Part shown: in pieces, positions 53,701 to 63,818 of the stretch
Layout: every line of letters begins with the position of its first letter
How positions within the stretch are numbered: position 1 is the first letter of the stretch
Assembly (NCBI RefSeq): GCF_001194135.2
Contig: NC_068985.1
Location: forward strand, 109,835,224 to 109,899,041
DNA from: Octopus bimaculoides
Lineage: Eukaryota
Reading direction: 5' to 3'
Length of the DNA: 63,818 nt
Notes under the pieces: model-generated
What the model saw: only the letters and a program-made list of their open reading frames with translations
Told to the model about the DNA's origin: nothing
Databases searched by the model: none
Program-made: the position numbers and the translations under genes

Positions 53701-54354
53701 TGCACCTATACTAAGTTGGCAGACGAGATTCAGAAGGGCCTTGATCGCCGTGAGACAGGTTAGTTTTATTGTAAATATACATCGTACACAATCGGTGCCC
53801 TGAGTAATCGGGAAAAGGTACGTGGCTACGGCACGCAAGAATGTCGTCCGGCACCGCCGACGCTTCTGCTGATCTAAGGTCGGCGTCGCGAACGTCATCT
53901 CGGCTGCAGCTTTCCCATCCAATATGGGTGGAACTTCAGGATCAGGGAAGAGCTTTGCGCGCTCGATCGACAGAGTGGTGGTGTCACACTGCCTCTGAGG
54001 GATAACGGTTGAACGCATCTAAGCCGATACCGTAACCCGACCCGAGTTGCATTCCAAAAGCATCTCAAACTCCAGATACATGCCTTAGTTTGACCCGTGC
54101 CATACCTCCGTTGCGCGCACCGTGAATGGCGCCGAGTGGTGGCGAGTCGTGGCGAGTCGTGGCGAGTGATGGTGATGCCAGCGATTTGTCATCCTGGGGC
54201 GTCGCATAGGCGCCGTCCCGCCCGATTGTTGTAGAGATTGAGAGGAAAAGGATCGCTTGCATACGACTCGCTTCGCTATTCGGAATGATGTGCTCAGTCG
54301 AACAGTTACAACACAGCGATCTATCGAATCTCTTCTCACGGACGACACGATACA
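53701..54354 (-). mobile_element. GC/CpG-rich solo-LTR-like segment in an intron
   Basis: About 650 nt, far more GC-rich than its flanks. Starts TG and ends CA, has AATAAA (minus, 53765-53770) about 65 nt from the 3' end, and a 10-nt internal repeat (ggcgagtcgt)x~4. No TSD visible; the left side abuts (TA)n and a gap. Confidence 0.4.
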
Positions 54355-54617
54355 GAGAAGATACATACATACATACATACATACATACATACAGGCAGAA
54401 TTACAATAATTACTGGTACCAATTTGTTCGACAAGAACCCCAGCATGGATGTAGTCCAATAACTAAAACAAGTAAAACAATAACCGTAAAGAATCATCCA
54501 TTTTTCTATCATGTGCTTGAGGCTACTGTAAATTCAAGAAGCAGAATGGGTCTGGGTGTGCCTTCTTAATTATTCTGTGCATATTCGAGTATAGATTTGG
54601 CAAGGGTTGCTACTTAC

Positions 54618-54800
54618 GATCGTATGCACAACGTATGATTTTGTTATTCCAGATTGTTTTCGCTGGACATTTCATTGGAACCAATTGACCATGACTGCAT
54701 TGGAAGAACTCTGACAGAGATCCTATTATCGGGTAATAGCCACCTTGCTGGCAGGGTTCGCAGTCTGTGTTGTTTGACTCTAATATACACAAAGACGTCG
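54618..54800 (-). CDS. Module exon 2 (CBM14-like)
   Basis: Acceptor ctttaatttttacag, donor gtaagt, 183 nt, phase 1-1. (A)TSLCILESNNTDCEPCQQGGYYPIIGSLSEFFQCSHGQLVPMKCPAKTIWNNKIIRCAYD. Confidence 0.93.
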
Positions 54801-55409
54801 CTGTAAAAATTAAAGATATCTCATGATGTCGTCAATTGAATGCTAAAGTTGAAAAGAGTAATTACGATATTAAGATATCTCGGTAATAAAAGATATCCGA
54901 TACATTATTTAGTATGTTACAAATAAGAACTAAACGGTTTATAAAGTGCCGCTAACACTAAGCTGTATGCATTCTTCAGGCAGATTGTATTCAGGAATCT
55001 ACTTGCCTCTTGTATATGTATAACTAACATCTTAAACCTGCAACTATTAATGTTTAAACCATGCTATCAATAATTGTAACCCAATTAAACCATAATATAA
55101 TATACATACATACTATAATCACAATAAATATCTAAGAATTGTTCTGTTAACATAAATGTAGAGTTATTACACTGGGAAAGACAATATAGCCACAGGTGAA
55201 ATGTATTTGAGCATAGTAGTAATGTCTTGTCTAACAAGGATTAAATATCACAGGAATATTCTTTTCTACTCTTAACACAAAGCTCGAATATCACAGGAAT
55301 ATTAGAAATAACATCATTTTTAACACGTATGATAGTTAATACATTGTCTACTGCCATTTGAGCTACATTAATACAGTCAGTGTTAATACGAGAACATAAT
55401 GTTTCATAC

Positions 55410-55478
55410 CATTCGGATTGATGGCGTCCATTCCATGTGATCCATTGTAGAAATTCGTGTAATTGAACGTGTCACCTT
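55410..55478 (-). CDS. Linker exon 1 of the tandem-module gene
   Basis: Acceptor aattttatttcag, donor gtatga, 69 nt, phase 1-1. (E)GDTFNYTNFYNGSHGMDAINPN. Not in the ORF track. Confidence 0.85.
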
Positions 55479-55533
55479 CTGAAATAAAATTAATTTCCGA
55501 AAATGTTGTTGACCCAGCGTTATGTCATATACA

Positions 55534-55565
<32 letters not shown>

Positions 55566-56741
55566 CAGCACGTATCGTGTGTAAACTCAACTTAGTTGTT
55601 TTGAAAGCGTATGTATAATTACAGATAATTCCTAACATTCAATATTCATTCAGTGCAGATTTCGAATATTCCTGACACATAAATAAATTTCTCGGACTGT
55701 CGCAGAGACCCAAATTTGTGAGGGAAATATAAAGTGGAATATTTTTCTATGTCAGAAGATGATTGGTAATCATTGTGTAGATTGTCATGGCAGGATTGAA
55801 AATCAAAGACGAACTGGGGCAAGATTTTAGTGCGGATTCTATATTCTCCAAAAATTACCGTTTCTACCATTCTACGGTTCATTTATGAGTTATAAAGCTG
55901 AGAAATGGAGGGATGGTGTTAATCGATTATATCGACTTCCATTGCATAATTGGTATTTTATTTTGTAGAACTCAAAGTGATATAAGAGTAAATTGACCTG
56001 GGTGGGATTTGAACCTCGAACGTAAAAAATAAGTTTAAATATCGCAAGTATTTTCTCCAACGCTTTGTCGATGCTGCGAATCTACCTTTCGAAGTTAGGA
56101 ACTACGGTTCCTAATTAAAAATTTTTTTCTACAAAGAACTCGACTGCTACATTTTTATCGACCTCGAAAGGATGAAATGCAAAGCCAACTTCGGCGGAAT
56201 TTGAATTCAGAACGTAAAAACGGACGAAATACCGCCTGTGCCAACGATTCTGTCAAATCGCCACCTTTACGGCCCTTAACAATAGGTTCTTATTGAGGTT
56301 CAAAACCAGAATTCTGAGATGATGGGATTTTTCGATTACATAAAGGTCAGTACTTAACTGACGAAGTCATTAGCATCACTGAACAAAATGCTTAATGGTA
56401 TTTCCTCCGGCTTTACATTCTGAGTTCAAAATTCTTCCGAGGTCGATTTGCTCATCATCCTTTCGAGATTGGTAAAATAATTACCAGTTGAATACTGGGG
56501 GCCGATATAATTGACTAACACCTTTCTCCAAACTTGCTTGCTTTGTGCCAAAATTTGAAACCGATATTTATTGCACTGTTATGTTTTATAGTCTAAAGAT
56601 TTGTTAATAAATGAGTTCGAGTTCTTAAATACCGTTGATGTATTTTTATTATGTTTAAACATCAACTCAGTGTGTATGTGCGTATGTGCGTATGTGCGTG
56701 TTTGTGTGTTTGTGTGTGTGTATACATATACATATACATAA

Positions 56742-56852
<111 letters not shown>

Positions 56853-58418
56853 CATATATATATATGCACGTGGTGTTTCATACATAGTGATGAATGCAGT
56901 GTGTCTTTATTTTTCTTAGAAGAGAAGAATCAGTTGTTCTAACAGTTGCAATGTTTTCTAGATTAGTGACGTCAGTAGTCAATACGAATGATAATATTAA
57001 GAGCTTAAACCTATGCTAGCAGCGGGGTATTGTTAATGAAAGGTTGAGTACGGAGAATTATACAGATCTACGTTGTTTTCGGAACAAGTAATCGAATACG
57101 GTTTTTAATGTGGCATTCTGAACACGATAAGAAAAAAGGAAGAATGATAGTTCGTACACAGTTACACATTTTACTAATTCCAATAAACAGGATCCACAAT
57201 ATTTTCTGTAGATGAGATAAAATGTTGACACAACGCGTCGGTAAAGATTGTGGTTGTAACTTGATAAATATACATTTGCTAAACTTTAGGGTAAACATTT
57301 AGGATTTTTTTCTTTTCATTCGGCCTAGACAATTTGCTTGCGTAAATGTGACACCGTTCTTAATTTGTCAGGAATATTCTAATGTGTTACACATTTATTC
57401 AAAGTTAAAATATTATCTGGCCTTTAAGAAAATGGCATCATCTTAGGGATACAGTTTCGATTGCTTTGTGGATATGATGTCATCATAATAGAACAGAAAT
57501 GGTGAGACCTAGCATCTGCCAGGTCTCACCATTCTGAAAGATTTTGTAGTGGGTTATTGATACATAAATAGTAAAAGCAAACTATTATATACAGTCATCG
57601 TGTTTTCATTGTATTAGGATATTGACATAAAATATCCACACACAAGAATCTTAAGGCGGCGAGATGCCACAATGCTTAGCGACATTTCTTCCGGTTTTTT
57701 TACGTTCTGTGTTCAAGTCCTGCCTCACAACTCTGCCTTACATTCACTCGGTGTCGATAAAATAAAGTACTTGTCGAGACTGGGGACGATGTAGAAACAA
57801 TTATTTTTGCAACATCAGATAAACGGTTTGTTTCACAAACATAGATATTATTTCCCGATATACATACACATACAAACGGCTGATGTTTATTTCATCTTCA
57901 TGGGTTCACTTCTACACGCGATGCTCATCACAGATTTATTTTGTATTTCACAACAGATAGTAAATGATTTACAACACATGCATGTATATACTTCCATTAA
58001 AGTATGTCTCACGACAGAGGTACATTATATATCTATAATAGCTTCAAAATTTCGCCACAAGGGCAACAGTTTGTGGGGGAGGAGAAGAGTCGATTATATC
58101 GACCCCAACGGTCAACTGGTACTTATTTTTAATGATACTAAAAGGATGAATGGCAAAGTCGACCTCGGCGGAATTTGAATACAGAACGTAAAGACGGACG
58201 AAATACCGCTAAGCATTTCGCTCGGCGTGCTAGCTATCCTGCCAGCTCGCCACCTTATTTATATCTATAATGATGTATATCACGAGAGAAGTGCGTTATA
58301 CTTCTATAAGACAGAAACACATCATATATTTATTTATTTATTTATGTGTTTCAGCCAAGTGGCTGCGGTCATGCTGGTGCACTACCGTGAAAAAAAACTG
58401 CTAAATATTTTACCTTAC

Positions 58419-58601
58419 CTTCGTATATACATCGTAGTGTTTCTCCATGCCAGATTGTACTTTCTGGGCATTGCATTAGAAACAAGATGCCGTGACTACA
58501 TTGGTAAAACTCGGCAATTGACTCTGCTTTCGGGTAATAACTGCCTTTTTCACAGGCTTCACATTCTGTGTTGTTGACTTCATAGATGCACAGGTTTGTT
58601 G
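58419..58601 (-). CDS. Module exon 1 of a tandem chitin-binding-like (CBM14/ChtBD2-type) protein
   Basis: Acceptor gtcttctctatag, donor gtaagg, 183 nt, phase 1-1. TNLCIYEVNNTECEACEKGSYYPKAESIAEFYQCSHGILFLMQCPESTIWHGETLRCIYE. Confidence 0.93.
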
Positions 58602-59915
58602 CTATAGAGAAGACAATATTATATTTAGAATAAAGTTGCATGCATTACAAAAATTCGTGTGACAGGGATTTTAACCATGGTCTGACTGCTTATTCGGTCA
58701 ACTGAATAAGCAGTCATGTGAAATTTAGAAGCTTACTTAATATGAATTTTTTAACAAATTTTTCTCTCAGCATTGATTACGCTCATCAGTAAATTTTCAG
58801 TTATTATTCTTAAACTTGCTTCAAAATAATAATCGTAATCAAACATATACAAGTGAGGCGGGCTGTAAACGCACATACATATATACAGAAAGTAATGCGT
58901 CACTTGTTTGCTGCAAGTACTTTCGTCACACAAGAGTAGAAGGCTGAGATGTATTTAACACCGTGGGAGGCGAGTAATAGAGGATAATGTAAAATTGTAT
59001 ATGAAGATTAAAACAGACAAACTATACACCCAGCAGTCCATTTCGTTATTATTAATGGGTTATTTTTTTTTTTTCAAAAATGAGCAATAAATTCATGGTT
59101 TCGACATTGGAGGCTCCGGCCGTGCAAACGTATTTTCAAATTTATATTTTTTACTTTTGTTTACCTACAGCTTTATTGACAACATACAAATCTTCATCTT
59201 GAAAAAATATAGTTTCTTGCAATTTACAGAATGATATGGAATATAAATATACAACACACTTCAATATAGTATCAGAATTTGGCCGCTGCAAACAATTCAA
59301 CACATAACTGTCGATGTACGAGACGAACGGTCAGAAACTTTTGGCGGGAAAGTCTACGGAAATTCAAGCAGTATACAAGAAGTAATACAAACGCGGAATA
59401 TAATCCATTCAGTTCTTGAAAATGAAATAGGGAAGATGTAGAAGCGTAAGATATAGATTTAGAAACACTACAATTCTAAACTAGTCGTAAAATGCTAATA
59501 AGAATATATGAAAAATACGGTATAAAATGCAGTATAAAAGTAAATTTGATTATAGCTGTGTATTTAATGAAACTTGGGTATTTGTGTAGCATATTATGAA
59601 TTCATTTATTCTGAACATCAATTGCATATGGTTGTGCCTAGTCCACATTACTCTGCGAGGATCATAGGGGCAATTACCCGCTTTCTATGAAGTGATCTGC
59701 TCAAGAGCACAACGCACTGCAGGGGCCATGAATTAAAACCATAATCTTACGACCTCTAACCCTAACCCTAACCAATAAGCCATGCATCTCCACTCAGTTC
59801 CAAATACCATATTAAACTACGGAGGAGTAATAATTCATCTGTTTTGAAGTAGTTACTTGTTCGCTTCTCGACTTCAAGAAAACCGTGGTAGACTTCCACA
59901 TTCCTCTTTGATTAC

Positions 59916-59964
59916 TGTGCATAATTGCAAGTGTTGATATCACGATGCAGTGGAAAGCTTTCAT
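59916..59964 (-). CDS. Tentative signal-peptide exon of the tandem-module gene
   Basis: ATG at 59964, MKAFHCIVISTLAIMH, then a phase-1 donor A|gtaatc that would splice in frame to module 1. The donor is mediocre and other starts are possible. Confidence 0.3.
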
Positions 59965-60125
59965 ATAATATATTTACAAAATAGGGTGTAGTATGTGACG
60001 TTACAGGGCTTCAAAGATATGCTTGCATGTTTATAAATGTGTTCAGGAGCATATATGTGAATTCCTATGCGTGTATGAGTGTGTGTGTGTATGTGTGAGT
60101 GTGCGTATGTGTGTATATGTGTGTA

Positions 60126-60158
<33 letters not shown>

Positions 60159-60696
60159 GTGTGTGTGCAAAATAAAATTATATATGTTTATATGATAAAG
60201 TTTTGATAAACATAAAGTGTACACATAAATATGCATGCATATACACATTCGCCTGTATAGAAGCATACATATGCATAGGTATGTGCGTGTTTGTATATAT
60301 ACATTTACACACACACACACACACACACACATATATNNNNNNNNNNNNNNNNNNNNNNNNNNNNNNNNNNNNNNNNNNNNNNNNNNNNNNNNNNNNNNNN
60401 NNNNNNNNNNNNNNNNNNNNNNNNNNNNNNNNNNNNNNNNNNNNNNNNNNNNNNNNNNNNNNNNNNNNNNNNNNNNNNNNNNNNNNNTATATATATATAT
60501 ATATATATATATCATATATATATATATATATATGCCTATATGAGTGTATAAATATATATATATACATAATACATCATAATATATAACATGTATATATATG
60601 TATATAATGTATGTTATATATAATATCTATGTATGTTATATACATATGTATGTATGCATGCATGTATGTATGGATGTATGTATGTATGTATGTATG

Positions 60697-60730
<34 letters not shown>

Positions 60731-61181
60731 TGTATGTATACATGTATGCACATATGGCTGGGTGGCTGGATAGATGGATGCATGTATGCATGTATATAAT
60801 GCTAGAACTGTTTAGAATTAGATACGTTTTATGAATAACAGAAAGTAATTCATAAGAAAACAGAAGTACGATTGTTTATTAAAAAGTTTTTAGAAGTGAA
60901 AGTTATGAATGGAGATATATATCCTGACAAGAGTTAAATTTATATTACTAGATTTAATAACGTATAACAGTTCTGATATATTACAAAAAGATGCGTTTCT
61001 CTGGCTTGCCGTTTAATTCTATCAGACTCATAACTAAGTCATATTTGCACATACCCCATTATTTATTTGTTTTATGTTAATTTACGTCGCTTTAGTTAAC
61101 TATTACCATTTAGGCATATAAGCATATATTAGTATTCGCTAATGGATAATGTTTGTGTATATTTATAATCACCATCGAAAG

Positions 61182-61244
<63 letters not shown>

Positions 61245-61498
61245 CTATATATATATATCGTCATGCTTGACCGTTAAATCCACAAGTTTCTTCTATTCTC
61301 TGTTTATTTNNNNNNNNNNNNNNNNNNNNNNNNNNNNNNNNNNNNNNNNNNNNNNNNNNNNNNNNNNNNNNNNNNNNNNNNNNNNNNNNNNNNNNNNNNN
61401 NNNNNNNNNNNNNNNNNNNNNNNNNNNNNNNNNNNNNNNNNNNNNNNNNNNNNNNNNNNNNNNNNNNNNNNNNNNNNNNNNNNNNNNNNCATCGAAAG

Positions 61499-61541
<43 letters not shown>

Positions 61542-61658
61542 CTATATATATATGTCGTCATGCTTGACCGTTAAATCCACAAGTTTCTTCTATTCTCTGT
61601 TTATTTTCTCGTATCTCTTTCTGTTGAAGAGCGTAGGCTCGAAACATAAAAAAAGTTC

Positions 61659-61703
<45 letters not shown>

Positions 61704-62289
61704 GAGAGAAAGGAGGGAGAAGATGTGATAAAAATTGCTGGCTTTCTATTATGACATCGCATTGCATTACATGATTCATGGAAAGTATGTCCAGAAATTA
61801 ATCAAGTTCATATTGGTAAATGATTTAGTAGCACTTAACACCGATAGAAATCGCTAGAAAAAAGCTACCTTACACAACTCCTGCACTCCTACGACTCGAT
61901 GACGAAATAGCTGCTCAGCAAGTTTTACGTGATAAAACAGAATATGATAACCATCTGACGAAAGCTCACGTGAAATTGAGAAACAGATTCTGAATTTTCT
62001 CCTGCTTTAATAGCATAGTACACACACACACATATACATTCATATATATATGCATACATGTATGTATGTATGTAGGTAGGTAGGTAGGTAGGTAGGTAGG
62101 TAGGTAGGTAGGTAGGTAGGTAGGTAGGTAGGTAGGTATGTGTGTATGTATGTGCGTGTGCATGTATGTGTGTATAGTGTAGCGAAATATAATGAGATAT
62201 TTATTTCATGCAATGAGGCCAAAATCAGATTAAAACATATTTTAGATATATTAATTCATTTAAAATATAATCGCTATCGTTAGCAATAA

Positions 62290-62585
62290 TGTTTTCTTAC
62301 TCGGAAACCATTTTCTGATTCATTGGGAAAATATGTAGATTCTTTAGAGGAAAAATATGTTTGGAATGCCATTTCGACATTGTCCTGTGTTTGTTTTTTT
62401 TTAATGTTTCTCCACTGGCAAAGTGTTCAGATGACCTGAATATGTGAACATCTGATGGTGCTAGGACTGGTGAGCAGGAAGAGAAAGATAGAGCTTCCTA
62501 GCTTAACGAGTATCTTTCTTGAATTATCTTCGCTGTATATGGCCTTGTATTATCACGTGACAGAATGAGTCTCTTTCTGTTGAGT
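62290..62585 (-). mobile_element. Mariner transposase remnant
   Basis: Degenerate ILSRDNTRPYTAK ... SPVLAPSDVHIFRS, corresponding to the mariner HDNARPH and YSPDLAPSD motifs. Confidence 0.8.
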
Positions 62586-62593
62586 AGAACTTT

Positions 62594-63000
62594 ACTCTTT
62601 TACTCTTTTACTTGTTTCAGTCATTTGACTGCGGCCATGCTGGAGCGCCGCCTTTAGTCGAGAAAATCGACCCCAGGACTTATTCCTTGTAAGCCTAGTA
62701 CTTATTCTATCGGTCTCTTTTTGCCGAACCGCTAGGTTACGGGGACGTAAACACACCAGCATCGGTTGTCAAGCGATAGTGGGGGGATAAACACGGACAC
62801 ACACACACACACATACATATATATTTATATATACATATATACGACGGGCTTCTTTCAGTTTCCGTCTACCAAATCGACTCACAAGGCTTTGGTCGGCCCG
62901 AGGCTATAGTAGAAAACACTTGCCCAAGGTTCCACGCAGTGGGACTGAACCCGGAACCATGTGGTTGGTAAGCAAGCTACTTACCACACAACCACTCCTA
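62594..63000 (-). mobile_element. Composite SINE with an internal (CA)/(TA) microsatellite (family A), representative copy
   Basis: Head gtggtaagtagcttgcttaccaaccacatggttccgggttcagtcccactgcg, central microsatellite, 3' half ending gctccagcatggccgcagtcaaatgactgaaacaagtaaaagagta. Other copies at about 2757-2910, 5780-6195, 14115-14500, 14893-15288, 17385-17640, 19981-20412, 31675-31970, 42995-43200, 44690-45152, 45770-45895 and 47096-47606. Confidence 0.88.
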
Positions 63001-63774
63001 AGCAAAAGTTGATTGACACGTTCACTTTGTTGATAATAAAGTTCTGCGATAATGTTGTTTTCCTTGTTTAACTAAACTAATGAAAACGATACTCCAAAAT
63101 GGCCACAATTCAATTGCTAAACCAAGTTATATAATGCTTTCGATGTGATGGAAGCCTAATGTATTCCACGAAGGGTAAAGGGTAAAGACCCTTTCAGTCA
63201 TGAATGAGCATGGGATTGCACATAGATAGTTCTCTTCCGAGGTACAAGTCCGGGCAAATTGGTTTATGGATGACCAGTAGTCACCCATGCGTACCAGCCT
63301 ACCCTCTCCATGCCACTGATGTTGCCCAAGGATTAGGTAAAAGCCGATACAGCTTGGCGCCAGAGACGTCACTGATTGAACTGGAAGCAACGTCAAATAA
63401 AGTGCCTTGCTTAAGAAAACAACACTCAGCCTAGTCCAGGGATCGAATTCACTACCTCACGATAGTGAGCCCGACACTCTAACCACTGAGCCACGCGCCT
63501 ATTCCACTAAACGCATCAAAAAGCTTCTTTGTGTGTAACTCTGGTTTGGATGTTGGAACTGGATTTTCATTTGGCGACAGTCACAGTTTCTTACCCTTAT
63601 TGGTGGCATACACCAGAGTTTCTCAACATGATTCCATATCATCCTTGAGGATCCATATGGTCCATATGGTCCATATGGATTCATATGACTCTTAGGGATC
63701 CATTTGGCCCGTGGAAGTCCATTGTTAAAATCTATATGCAATAAATTGCTTATACTTATACCATACACAAAATA

Positions 63775-63818
<44 letters not shown>

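Noticed and set aside
61168-61610. Direct repeat of about 140 bp around a gap; also the 45-nt repeat around the gap at 48142-48150
   Set aside because: The same sequence on both sides of an N run indicates unmerged contig overlap.

Overview
AT-rich, microsatellite- and SINE-dense eukaryotic DNA from a gapped draft assembly. The repeat content (tRNA-head SINEs with a Deu/Nin-type core, a composite SINE with an internal microsatellite, an RTE 3' end with C2H2 fingers) suggests Octopus; this is an inference. Two host genes are visible. (1) The last coding exon of a probable transglutaminase on + (395-536). (2) A minus-strand gene across at least 40.9-58.6 kb that the ORF track only hints at: five exons of exactly 183 nt alternating with four short linker exons (69, 75, 78 and 63 nt). 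All have AG/GT sites, all are phase 1-1, and they splice into one open frame of about 400 codons. Each 183-nt exon encodes a six-cysteine module C-x8-C-x2-C-x17-C-x9-C-x12-C, a CBM14/ChtBD2-like core with an extra N-terminal cysteine pair. The gene's 5' and 3' ends are unresolved. The rest is transposon debris (mariner, DD37D/maT, hAT MITEs, RTE and CR1-like LINE pieces, a solo-LTR-like GC island), simple repeats, a few hairpins and N gaps. Splice models and translations were done by eye, family names come from motif recall rather than database searches, and repeat boundaries are approximate.
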